DNA of 64,000 nucleotides from Chitinophagaceae bacterium (GTDB lineage Bacteria > Bacteroidota > Bacteroidia > Chitinophagales > Chitinophagaceae). The notes below the pieces were generated by a model. It saw nothing but the letters and a program-made list of their open reading frames with translations, made no database searches and was not told the DNA's origin. Of the stretch, positions 19,778 to 28,638 are shown piece by piece. The stretch covers positions 10,937-74,936 of the forward strand of contig JADJLJ010000005.1 in the NCBI GenBank assembly GCA_016710165.1, in the 5' to 3' direction. Numbering within the stretch: the stretch's first letter is position 1; each line of letters starts with the position of its first letter. The translations under genes were made by a program, and so were the position numbers.

Positions 19778-21304
19778 ATGAAACAAAACTGCCTGTTGCT
19801 TGCCTTTTTATTTTTTGCGGGCCTGCATCCTTTGTTTGCCCAAACTATTTCCACGCAAAAGGGGTTGACCACGGCCTCATTCAATTTACCGGAAGGAACG
19901 ATCACCGTTTACCTGCCGGATGATATCCGGGCCGGCGACCTGGTCTCAGGAACTGTACTGGCCGTGGCCGGCGGTAAAAACGCAAGGCAGACCCGTAAAA
20001 ATCTTTCGGCACTAAAAAAATATTCCATTGAATTCGACGGGCAGAAATTACCGGTGGCAGAAGCCAATGGCCGGGTACAGTACCGGGCAAATGACAATAA
20101 ACCCCTGCAACGGTTCCTGAGTGTGATCAACGGGGAAGGCGTGAATGCCGGGGAAGTTGGTATCAAGATCCCTGCTGCAGAAGCAAAACCACCGGCCGCG
20201 GCATGCCGTATTCCCACGCATGCTTTAACAGCAGCGCCCCTGCGGATAACAGGTCCGTTTGACGGGAACAGCAGCAACACTACCTGTACCTTTAGCGGCA
20301 AAGAAGCAACCGTGCTGGCTGAGTCGCCCCGGCAGTGCATCATCCGGTTCCCGGAAACTGCAGGTGGAAAACAAACCATGCAGGTAACCGAAAATGATCA
20401 GCAGAAATGTACCGGGACCGTTTCAGGTGTAGACCTGCATGTAACAACCGGGAAATTAAGCCTGCGGAGAGGGGAACGGACTTTCATTAAAGTGGAGATA
20501 AGCGGGCTGCAGAATTTACCAGCTGCCGCAAAGCTCACCTTGACCAATTTGTCGGCGGATGTGGTGGTTTTGCAACCCTCGGATCATTTTATAGAAATGC
20601 TGTACCCCGACAGCGTGAACACGGGCCGCTACGAAAATAATTTTGATGTACAGAGTATGAAGCCAGGAAGTTTTATGGTGAATGTGGAACTTGATCTGCC
20701 CGAGCCACCGCTTGTATACGCCGATAATAAAGGCGTAGATGCGGGTGGTATAAAATTGCACCCGTTAAAAGTGGATGGGTTGAAGAACGGCATGTCGGAT
20801 GCGTTTAAAAAAGCGGTGATCGAAGTAACCGGTAACCGGGCCAATAATTACCCCGAACTGGATGGGTGCGGAAGTTGTTTGACCTGTATACAAAGCATGC
20901 TGGATGAAGGAAAGGTGGCGCTGGTGGGAGAGATCGGGAAAATATTGATGGAGCACTATGTTGATCTGCTGGTAGGAAAGGCCGGAGGGGCACTGGGCTG
21001 GATTAAAGACAAGTTTGATAAACTGGAGAAAGCGGAAGATATCGCCGGTGCCATTGCCGATGCCGTGACAAAAGGGGAGATACAGGTGGTGGAGTTCCCG
21101 GAAAGGATGTGCGGCTATTGCCTGGTGTCGGCCATCGGCTTTTACGATGCAAAGACCCAATGCATGGATGCCTTCTTCTACTGCAAGGGATCGAAGATGT
21201 GCTGCAGCCATTCGCTTACTATTATCCACCTTAAGTATTGTGTAGGGGATGATGGATACAAGAAACCGGATGCAGGATTGGAGATTGACGTAATCAGCCG
21301 GTAG
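19778..21304 (+). CDS. Secreted hypothetical protein with a Cys-rich C-terminal domain
   Basis: Signal peptide; Ig-like beta-rich middle; CGSCLTC, CGYC and MCCSH motifs. Confidence 0.7.
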   Translation: MKQNCLLLAFLFFAGLHPLFAQTISTQKGLTTASFNLPEGTITVYLPDDIRAGDLVSGTVLAVAGGKNARQTRKNLSALKKYSIEFDGQKLPVAEANGRVQYRANDNKPLQRFLSVINGEGVNAGEVGIKIPAAEAKPPAAACRIPTHALTAAPLRITGPFDGNSSNTTCTFSGKEATVLAESPRQCIIRFPETAGGKQTMQVTENDQQKCTGTVSGVDLHVTTGKLSLRRGERTFIKVEISGLQNLPAAAKLTLTNLSADVVVLQPSDHFIEMLYPDSVNTGRYENNFDVQSMKPGSFMVNVELDLPEPPLVYADNKGVDAGGIKLHPLKVDGLKNGMSDAFKKAVIEVTGNRANNYPELDGCGSCLTCIQSMLDEGKVALVGEIGKILMEHYVDLLVGKAGGALGWIKDKFDKLEKAEDIAGAIADAVTKGEIQVVEFPERMCGYCLVSAIGFYDAKTQCMDAFFYCKGSKMCCSHSLTIIHLKYCVGDDGYKKPDAGLEIDVISR

Positions 21305-21308
21305 GCAA

Positions 21309-21962
21309 TTAACGGGAACCGAAAAGCAGGCTGCCGATACGCACCATATTACTCCCTTCTTCCATGGCGATCTGGTAATCGGCGCTCATGCCCATGCTCA
21401 AAATGTTGAATGTTGAATGTTGAATGTTGAATTTGTCGAACAGGCTTTTTAAGTACTTTAGTTCGGTTCTTACCAAATTTGTATCATCCGAAAAAGAGGC
21501 CATACCCATCAGGCCGGTGATGCGGATGTTCTTTAATTCGTGTAATTGGTGTAATTCGATCAATTCGTGTAACTCTTTTTCATCCAGCCCGAATTTGGTT
21601 TCTTCTTTGGCTATGTATACCTGCAGCAGGCAATCGATCACCCGGTTGTTCTTTGCCGCCTGTTTGTTTATCTCTTTCAGCAAACCATAACCATCCACCC
21701 CGTGAATAAGATGAACGAAGGGGGCGATGTATTTTACTTTATTGCTTTGCAGGTGACCGATAAAATGCCAGCGGATGTCTTTGGGCAGTTGCTCATATTT
21801 TTGAGTAAGTTCCTGCACGTAGTTTTCGCCAAAGTCGCGGTGGCCCAGGTCGTACAAAGCCCGGATGTCTTCAACGGATTTTGTTTTGGAGACGGCAACC
21901 AATGTGGCCTTGCCGCTTAACCCGGTTATAATTTCCTGGTAGTTTTTTGTATTAATGCTCAT
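21309..21962 (-). CDS. yggS: PLP homeostasis protein YggS/PROSC
   Basis: LVAVSKTK, FGENYVQE, WHFIGHLQSNKVK, GLMGMAS and LSMGMSADY..RIGSLLFG. Confidence 0.95.
   Translation of the reverse strand: MSINTKNYQEIITGLSGKATLVAVSKTKSVEDIRALYDLGHRDFGENYVQELTQKYEQLPKDIRWHFIGHLQSNKVKYIAPFVHLIHGVDGYGLLKEINKQAAKNNRVIDCLLQVYIAKEETKFGLDEKELHELIELHQLHELKNIRITGLMGMASFSDDTNLVRTELKYLKSLFDKFNIQHSTFNILSMGMSADYQIAMEEGSNMVRIGSLLFGSR
21404..21575. repeat. Two in-frame microsatellites inside yggS: 4 x TGTTGAA (21404-21431) and ~4.5 x 9-mer TAATTCGTG (21534-21575)
   Basis: They encode FNIQHSTFNI and ELHELIELHQLHELK in the yggS frame. Confidence 0.8.
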
Positions 21963-21988
21963 GAATTTCACGCAAAGGGGTAAAGTTA

Positions 21989-22005
21989 ACGCAAAGGCGC
22001 AAAGA
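21989..22005 (+). repeat. Half copy of the CGCAAAGGCGCAAAG repeat (full hairpin at 35295-35358)
   Basis: ACGCAAAGGCGCAAAGA matches GCGCAAAGACGCAAAGA at ~35304. Confidence 0.55.
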
Positions 22006-22033
22006 AAAAATGGAAGAACCCTAAGCCATGATT

Positions 22034-23695
22034 TTACTCTTTCATCGATCTGGTTCTTAAAACAGAATGACGGGTACCTACACCATAAGGTGCCCATACA
22101 GCATCCGGATTGCTGCAAGCCACTTTTATTGTCATGGTGTAACCCGGTGTATAATACGTGGAAGTTACCTGCTGTGTGCCCTGCCAGTAGCCTACTACCG
22201 CACTTTTGTTTACCTGCTCCGTTCGGGTCCAGCTATTTGTATATCCCGAAACTTCTGCGGTTTTGGTCGTTTTAGCATCGCCTCCACAGGGGCATAGGTC
22301 AAAAAAATGCCCCACATAATATTTACTGGGTTTGTATTGCTGCTTATTAGACTCATTGATCTTTCTGCCATCAGCCAGCGTGCCTTCCCGGGCATAGGGG
22401 TCGTAACTAACCACCACACTGGCCAGGCCATCTTTTGCATAAACCTGCCAAACACTGATGTTATTGATAGATGAAGCGGAAGAAACAACTTTGCCTTTGT
22501 CGTACCAGGTTATTGTTTCATTATTAAAATCAGTACTGATAACTTTACCCTGCCAGCCGGTAGCCTGAATCATATAACCTTCATAACTCCACCGAGGTGG
22601 TTTTCCTGCCAGGTAATCTTCCAGGTTTTCATAGGTAGCTTCCTTCAGGTTTCCTTCCCTGAAATTATCTTTTTTCCCGTATGTAATGATGAACCTGTTG
22701 TTCCAATAACTCATCCAGGTGCCTTCTTCAAAAAAACCGTTACTGAATAACCCATACTTTCTTGCACCGATGGTATCCATTATGCCAAATCCATCAGGCC
22801 GGTTATCCTTAATGTACCCCTGGTACTGGTTATTAATATCAACATAGCGGATGGTACCAAAGCCATTGACTTTGCCATTTACCAGCGGGCCGGTGATCAC
22901 ACGGCCATTTTCGTCCTTAATGGTTTGCGGATTGTCCATATCATAGGGGTAGGCACCGCCATTGTCCTCATAGATCAATTGGCCATAGCACCAGAGCTGA
23001 CGGAAAAAGGACGGTTTGCTGATGCCGGATTTTCTTTCACTTTTCACCGCCCAGCCGTGCATTTTTCTGTTGACAAAATTTGCCCGGATGAGTTGATTGT
23101 ATAATGGGTTACTATGGCGGATGTCAATCACCATTTCATGAGATTGATATACATTATTCTGGAAAAGGTTGTCGGATGCACAGATCAAAGTATCGTTTGG
23201 ATACATGAAAGTTACCACACCCGCCTGCTGATTAACCGAATTGACAAAATTACCCTCGTACCTGATATATCTTAGTTTGGTATTTTTAAACCATTTTTCA
23301 GGGATCCATGTAATGGAAGGGTAGATAACATTTTCCATCAGCATGATACCGGGGCCTTCCAGTTGGCCGTTTACGAAATTGCCCGATTTTATAAATGATG
23401 GCTTGAAATCCCAGAGTTTTTCGATGGATGGAATATCCTGTGACAGGGCAAAAAGAAAATCAACCTCGTTGTTTAATTTGCTGTAATTCCATGACATGGA
23501 TACAGACTTTCCTTCTAATTTTCCTTTTTTGTTGAAATGGCCGATCAGGTAAGAAAAACTGCTGCCGGTTCCGATGCGCTGTACCCCAAAACCGTTTTTA
23601 CAATCGCCCTTGAGGCAGGTTTGTGCAGTAAGTATTTGCTGAAAATTCAGTAGCAGGATAATATACAGGCTTATATAGATACTGATTTTTGTCAT
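22034..23695 (-). CDS. Secreted MORN-repeat-like protein with a Cys-bounded C-terminal region
   Basis: Signal peptide; CLKGDCKNGFG start; YEGNFVN, YQGYIKDNRPDGFG and GKVNGFG repeats; C-terminal CPCGG...AC. Confidence 0.65.
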   Translation of the reverse strand: MTKISIYISLYIILLLNFQQILTAQTCLKGDCKNGFGVQRIGTGSSFSYLIGHFNKKGKLEGKSVSMSWNYSKLNNEVDFLFALSQDIPSIEKLWDFKPSFIKSGNFVNGQLEGPGIMLMENVIYPSITWIPEKWFKNTKLRYIRYEGNFVNSVNQQAGVVTFMYPNDTLICASDNLFQNNVYQSHEMVIDIRHSNPLYNQLIRANFVNRKMHGWAVKSERKSGISKPSFFRQLWCYGQLIYEDNGGAYPYDMDNPQTIKDENGRVITGPLVNGKVNGFGTIRYVDINNQYQGYIKDNRPDGFGIMDTIGARKYGLFSNGFFEEGTWMSYWNNRFIITYGKKDNFREGNLKEATYENLEDYLAGKPPRWSYEGYMIQATGWQGKVISTDFNNETITWYDKGKVVSSASSINNISVWQVYAKDGLASVVVSYDPYAREGTLADGRKINESNKQQYKPSKYYVGHFFDLCPCGGDAKTTKTAEVSGYTNSWTRTEQVNKSAVVGYWQGTQQVTSTYYTPGYTMTIKVACSNPDAVWAPYGVGTRHSVLRTRSMKE

Positions 23696-23697
23696 GA

Positions 23698-24732
23698 TTA
23701 TTTTACTTTAAAACTGTAAACGGATTTACCATTATTTTTCAGGTCGTATGCATCAAGCCCATCCTGCCATCCCATAGAAAAATAAGAATACCTGCAATAC
23801 AGCAGGTTTTTATGCAGGTAAAGGGTGTTTTTATACTGATCATCAGGTACACTAAAACGGATATCGGATTCCACTTTGAGGGTTTCGTAATTGAACAGCA
23901 TCGTTCTCAGGTGAAAATCGTTCTTATCGGTACTGTTTCCAAAAAAGATAACATAAGGAGATGAGCGGGAGAACCTGCATTTTACATCGCTCATTTTATC
24001 AAGCCCGGGGACATTGACAAATGCGCCGGCCTGCATATCAAATATCTTATAGAATTTCCTGTCGGGACCTATTTCAAATTCCATGATATACACATCGGGG
24101 TTGAAAAGCCTGGCAGAAGCCAATCCCTTGAAGCGGAACCCGGTATATTCAAAATCCGTTCTGGCCGGCATCTGCAACGAATCCTGGTGAATGGAAAAAA
24201 TACCAAACGTGCTGAACAGGTAATATCGTTCCGATCTTTCATGAAAAGCAATAACTTCTGATGGGGCGTAATACTGGTTGCGTATATTATTTTGTTTATC
24301 TTCTTTTTTCTTTTTTTTCATCAGGCTTTCATCACGATTCAGTATTTCGTCAAACGCTTTTATATCCCGGTAATACAAGCTGCCGGGTTGCTTATCACGC
24401 CATTTCATCAGTTTGTACTTCTGTTTGCTTCTTGCAGTGTCATTAATAAAATCCTGCATTGGGCCATCGGTACCAATCTGAAATTTGAACAGTTGCCTCC
24501 CAAAGACAGTATCCGGTAACTGCGTAGCTGTTTCCATATCTACTGCAAAATATTTATTATTCTTCGCCGGTCGATAGTCTTCTGCAGCCAGGTAATAGCT
24601 CCCTTCATGATAGCGTTGCTTTACAATAAAACTTTGGGAGTTAACCAGAAACGGAAACAGCATAATGCTGCTGATGGTAAACAGCAAAGGCTTTAAGAAT
24701 TTTGCGGGCCTGATGTATTTATAGCATGTCAT
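23698..24732 (-). CDS. Secreted hypothetical protein, paralogue of 24753-25811
   Basis: N-terminal hydrophobic segment; shares blocks with the upstream gene (KQPGSLY/KQPGTVY, LYLHKNLLY/FYLHRNLLY). Confidence 0.7.
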   Translation of the reverse strand: MTCYKYIRPAKFLKPLLFTISSIMLFPFLVNSQSFIVKQRYHEGSYYLAAEDYRPAKNNKYFAVDMETATQLPDTVFGRQLFKFQIGTDGPMQDFINDTARSKQKYKLMKWRDKQPGSLYYRDIKAFDEILNRDESLMKKKKKEDKQNNIRNQYYAPSEVIAFHERSERYYLFSTFGIFSIHQDSLQMPARTDFEYTGFRFKGLASARLFNPDVYIMEFEIGPDRKFYKIFDMQAGAFVNVPGLDKMSDVKCRFSRSSPYVIFFGNSTDKNDFHLRTMLFNYETLKVESDIRFSVPDDQYKNTLYLHKNLLYCRYSYFSMGWQDGLDAYDLKNNGKSVYSFKVK

Positions 24733-24752
24733 AGTTACACTACTGTATAAAA

Positions 24753-25811
24753 CTATCTTTTTAGATTGTACCTGAAAATCTCCTTTTCGCCCTTCGAAAA
24801 ATCCAGTACCCACACGGAACTTTCACCTATATGCCAGGTTGAATTCAAATAGAGCAAATTGCGGTGCAGATAAAAACGCATGTCCTCAATTACCCCACGC
24901 AACTGCAATTTTGTTTCCACTCTCCAATCGCGGAGGTTGATTACACAGGGCGAGAAGGTTTGCCAGGGCAGGACGACCCGTGTATGCACAGCAAAAACAT
25001 AGTCACCAGATGGACAAAATACAAAGCGGGGATCGGTCATATAATCCGACTCGGGGAGTTTGAGCAGTTGCATTGTATGTGTGTCGAAAACGCGGCAAAT
25101 TGTCTTTTCATCATGCCACACATCTTTCACGTCTTGCTGAACATAGAGCAGGAAGATATAGCGGTGGTATTGAGGCGATGCCACACCTCGAAGCCGAAGG
25201 CCGGGTATTTCACCCAGTACCTGCCGGGCTCCATTGGCAAGCGAATCTTCAGATACCCAGGCAATGCCAGCATAGCCAACCAGGAAGACCCGGCGATTAG
25301 TGGTGTCGTGACGGATAACGGGATCATAATACCAGCGTTGAATGGATCGCTTCTTATCTTGCTTTTTCCAGTTTTTCACAAGTTCCTGTTCTCTTTTCAA
25401 CAAATTGTCAAAGCCAGGGATGGTACCAGCATACACTGTACCTGGCTGTTTATTCTTAACAGGCAAAACCTTTACCCTTGGTGAATAAGAAACAGGGCCC
25501 ATTGCACAATTGTTCCAGGCGCACCAAGTGTTCTTTTGTACATTAAAAGTATCCAAAAAATAGGCTATTGGTATAGAATTTAAAGGGCCTGGGGCAATAC
25601 CGGCGCTGTCCCACATTCTCTTGGCCTCCGGCTTTGAAAGCTGATGACAGGTGGCCATTTCCAGGGCAAAATAATTTTCTGGACCATCTTTACATACCAG
25701 GTACCGTTTATTGTGCTGCCAAAACTCACGACTTTCCACCTGAGAATGACATTCAATGGCCAGGCAAAACAGAATGGCAAGCCAGCCAAAGCTTAGATGC
25801 AGCTGTTTCAT
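24753..25811 (-). CDS. Secreted hypothetical protein (beta-rich), paralogue of 23698-24732
   Basis: Signal peptide MKQLHLSFGWLAILFCLAIECHS; aligned blocks as above. Confidence 0.72.
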   Translation of the reverse strand: MKQLHLSFGWLAILFCLAIECHSQVESREFWQHNKRYLVCKDGPENYFALEMATCHQLSKPEAKRMWDSAGIAPGPLNSIPIAYFLDTFNVQKNTWCAWNNCAMGPVSYSPRVKVLPVKNKQPGTVYAGTIPGFDNLLKREQELVKNWKKQDKKRSIQRWYYDPVIRHDTTNRRVFLVGYAGIAWVSEDSLANGARQVLGEIPGLRLRGVASPQYHRYIFLLYVQQDVKDVWHDEKTICRVFDTHTMQLLKLPESDYMTDPRFVFCPSGDYVFAVHTRVVLPWQTFSPCVINLRDWRVETKLQLRGVIEDMRFYLHRNLLYLNSTWHIGESSVWVLDFSKGEKEIFRYNLKR

Positions 25812-25868
25812 GCTGATAAAGTTAATTCGCAGGCCGGTTTACCTTCATACCCGCTTATGGGTATTTTT

Positions 25869-25904
25869 AAAAAAGGCCACCGATATGATAAGGTGGCCTT
25901 TTTT
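25869..25904. terminator. Intrinsic terminator downstream of the acyl-CoA dehydrogenase gene
   Basis: AAAAAAGGCCACC...GGTGGCCTTTTTT, a 13-bp inverted repeat. Confidence 0.85.
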
Positions 25905-25920
25905 TAAAATAATGTTTTAT

Positions 25921-27075
25921 TTACTTTAAAATACTCCTGCTGATCACGATCCGCTGCACTTCGCTCGTTCCTTCGTAGATCTGGGTGATCTTGGCATCCC
26001 GCATCAGCCGTTCTACATGGTATTCTTTTACAAAACCATAGCCGCCGTGTACCTGTACGGCTTCGGTGGCTGTCCACATGGCTGTTTCGCTGGCGAAAAC
26101 CTTTGCCATACTGCTGCTTAAGGTATAGTCGATTTTATTGTCTTTTTCCCAGGCTGCTTTTAAACAAAGTAAACGGGCAGCTTCGATCCTTGTTGCCATG
26201 TCTGCCAGTTTAAACTGGATGATCTGGTGGTTCATGATCTCGGTGCCAAAGGCCTTACGCTGTTTGCTGTATGCAAGCGCCAATTCATAAGCGCCGCTGG
26301 CAATGCCCAATGCCTGTGAGGCAATACCGATCCTGCCGCCGGCCAATGTCTTCATGGCGAATTTGAAACCGAAGCCATCTTCCCCGATGCGGTTCTCTTT
26401 GGGCACTTTCACGTCGTTGAATAATATGCTGTGGGTATCGCTTCCACGGATACCTAATTTATTCTCTTTGGCGCCCACCACCACGCCGGGCAGGTTCTTC
26501 TCCACGATGAAGGCATTGATGCCACGGCTTCCCTTGGCAGGGTCCGTTTGTGCGATCACCAGGTAAACACTGGCGCTGTTGCCGTTGGTGATCCAGTTCT
26601 TGGTACCGTTCAGCAGGTAATGGTCGCCCTTATCTTCCGCCGTGGTCTGTTGCGAAGTGGCATCGCTGCCTGCCTCGGGTTCGCTCAGCAAAAAAGCGCC
26701 GATGTATAATTCCCCGTCCTTCTTTCCCTGTGCCAGCGGGGCCAGGTATTTATTTTTTTGTTCTTCGGATCCATATTCCTGCAGGCCATAACAAACCAGG
26801 CTGTTGTTCACACTCATACAAACACTCACGCTGGCATCCACCTTGCTGATCTCTTCCATGGCCAGCACATAACTTATGGTATCCATACCGCTGCCGCCAT
26901 ATTCCTGTTTCACCATCATGCCCATAAAGCCCAGGTCGGCTAATTTTTCGATCTGTTCTTTTGGAAATTTCTGGTGTTCATCCCTTTCTATTACCCCGGG
27001 AAGGCATTCATTTACGGCAAAATCCCTGGCCGCCTGCCTGATCATCAGTTGTTCTTCAGTTAGTTGAAACAGCAT
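25921..27075 (-). CDS. Acyl-CoA dehydrogenase (short-chain/butyryl-CoA type)
   Basis: LSEPEAGSDA, LNGTKNWITNG, KLGIRGSDT, GRIGIASQALG and RDAKITQIYEGTSEVQR. Confidence 0.95.
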   Translation of the reverse strand: MLFQLTEEQLMIRQAARDFAVNECLPGVIERDEHQKFPKEQIEKLADLGFMGMMVKQEYGGSGMDTISYVLAMEEISKVDASVSVCMSVNNSLVCYGLQEYGSEEQKNKYLAPLAQGKKDGELYIGAFLLSEPEAGSDATSQQTTAEDKGDHYLLNGTKNWITNGNSASVYLVIAQTDPAKGSRGINAFIVEKNLPGVVVGAKENKLGIRGSDTHSILFNDVKVPKENRIGEDGFGFKFAMKTLAGGRIGIASQALGIASGAYELALAYSKQRKAFGTEIMNHQIIQFKLADMATRIEAARLLCLKAAWEKDNKIDYTLSSSMAKVFASETAMWTATEAVQVHGGYGFVKEYHVERLMRDAKITQIYEGTSEVQRIVISRSILK

Positions 27076-27112
27076 ATGCAATGGTTTTGGATCCGGTGCA
27101 AAAAATAAGGGT

Positions 27113-27760
27113 TTATTGCCCTGCATTTTCAGCAATTATCCGGGTAAATGACTCCCGGCTGATCATCCGGGCACCCAGGCTTTCAAGGTGTTCTGTATAT
27201 ACCTGGCAGTCTATTAATTGAACACCCTCCTTTTGTAAATGCTGCACATAATTCAGGAATGTGAATTTGCTGGCATTCTTCTCCATGCTGAACATGCTTT
27301 CACCAAAAAAAATATTGCCGAGCCGGATGCCATATAAGCCACCCACCAGTTTTCCATCCAGCCAGGTTTCTGCACTGTGGGCATATCCTTTCTCATGCAG
27401 AAGGGTGAAGGCTTTTTGTACGGCCGGAGTTATCCAGGTACCTGCCTGCCCTTTCCGGGTAATGGTTTTGCAGTTTTGTATCACCCGGTCAAATACTTTG
27501 TTGATGGTGAACCGGAATTTACCATTGCCGAGGATCGCCCGCATGCTTTTGCTCACTTTCAGTTCGGTGGGAAATAAAACAAACCGTGGGTCGGGGCTCC
27601 ACCAGCAGATGGGCTCCTTTTCATTGTACCAGGGAAAAATACCTTTGCTGTAGGCGAGTAATAACCGTTCAGTACCCAGGTCGCCGCCAATGGCAAGCAG
27701 GCCATCTTCATCCGCCATTTCTACAGGAGGAAATACCAGTTCGGCGCTGAGCAGGTACAT
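27113..27760 (-). CDS. aat: Leucyl/phenylalanyl-tRNA-protein transferase
   Basis: GLLAIGGDL, GIFPWY, WWSPDPR, GYAHSAE and FFGESMFS. Confidence 0.96.
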   Translation of the reverse strand: MYLLSAELVFPPVEMADEDGLLAIGGDLGTERLLLAYSKGIFPWYNEKEPICWWSPDPRFVLFPTELKVSKSMRAILGNGKFRFTINKVFDRVIQNCKTITRKGQAGTWITPAVQKAFTLLHEKGYAHSAETWLDGKLVGGLYGIRLGNIFFGESMFSMEKNASKFTFLNYVQHLQKEGVQLIDCQVYTEHLESLGARMISRESFTRIIAENAGQ

Positions 27761-27769
27761 GGATTGAAA

Positions 27770-28066
27770 TTAATTGGCGATCACTTCTATCGTAGCATTG
27801 ATACCCCGGTCTGTAATGGCATCGCACTGGGGTTTCAACAGGTCGTAGCTTCCTTCCTTAACGGCATATTTGCCTTTGGAGTCGATGATGATGGCACATT
27901 GTTCGGCCTGTTCGGGGCTGTGGCCGCATATCTTTATAAGTGTCTCAATCACCCATTCAAAGGTATTCACCTCGTCGTTCCATACAATGAGGGTGCAGAA
28001 GTCATCTACAGCAGTAAGCTGGCCGGTTTGCTCACTGAATTTTGTATTTGAATTGGATGACATCAT
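27770..28066 (-). CDS. clpS: ATP-dependent Clp protease adaptor ClpS
   Basis: LIVWNDEVNTFEWVIETL...HSPEQAEQCA; adjacent to aat (N-end rule pathway). Confidence 0.9.
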   Translation of the reverse strand: MMSSNSNTKFSEQTGQLTAVDDFCTLIVWNDEVNTFEWVIETLIKICGHSPEQAEQCAIIIDSKGKYAVKEGSYDLLKPQCDAITDRGINATIEVIAN

Positions 28067-28133
28067 GTATGAAAGACAAAAATAAGCTGAAATTTCACTA
28101 AAAAGATAAAAAATGAAGGGGTATTTTAAATGA

Positions 28134-28160
28134 AAAAGGTTCACGGTACGTGAACCTTTT
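28134..28160. terminator. Terminator hairpin after tRNA-Val
   Basis: AAAAGGTTCAC-GGTAC-GTGAACCTTTT. Confidence 0.8.
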
Positions 28161-28162
28161 AG

Positions 28163-28237
28163 TGGGAGTTGACGGGGTCGAACCGCCGACCCTCTGCTTG
28201 TAAGGCAGATGCTCTAAACCAACTGAGCTAAACTCCC
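28163..28237 (-). tRNA. tRNA-Val (TAC), CCA not encoded
   Basis: GGGAGTTTAGCTCAGTTGGTTTAGAGCATCTGCCTTACAAGCAGAGGGTCGGCGGTTCGACCCCGTCAACTCCCA folds into a cloverleaf. Confidence 0.97.
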
Positions 28238-28278
28238 TTTTTTCCCTTCGACAATATATGCTCAGGATTTTCGGATGG

Positions 28279-28286
28279 CAAAGATA
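28279..28286 (-). promoter_or_regulatory. -7 promoter element (TATCTTTG) for tRNA-Val
   Basis: TAnnTTTG match ~40 bp upstream of the tRNA. Confidence 0.65.
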
Positions 28287-28323
28287 AGGGTTAAATTTTT
28301 CCGGCAAAATTTTTTAGCTGGAA

Positions 28324-28638
28324 TCAGTTCAATTGTACTGCCGGCAGCCGGTAAGACTGCCCGTCGTATACAAATAATTCATCAATCTCCACGGTCCAGT
28401 ATTTATACAGGGGCGATTTGCTGAGATAATGCTCCACTTCTTCCTTATTGGGGGCATTGAATACCATCCAGCTGCGCTGGCTTTCCATGCTTACGGTATA
28501 GTAATCAACCACATTCTTTTCGATCAGGCTGTTGATGTAAACCCGGTGAGGGGGCACAAAACTCATGAACGCATCATCCATTTCAAAACGGATGGTAACC
28601 TGGTATTTATTCAATTGGGTATCGTTTATATTTTCCAT
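28324..28638 (-). CDS. Small hypothetical protein (muconolactone isomerase/YCII-like dimeric barrel)
   Basis: HRVYINSL...SWMVFNAPNKEEVEHYLSKSPL pattern; overlaps the mtaB stop. Confidence 0.65.
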   Translation of the reverse strand: MENINDTQLNKYQVTIRFEMDDAFMSFVPPHRVYINSLIEKNVVDYYTVSMESQRSWMVFNAPNKEEVEHYLSKSPLYKYWTVEIDELFVYDGQSYRLPAVQLN

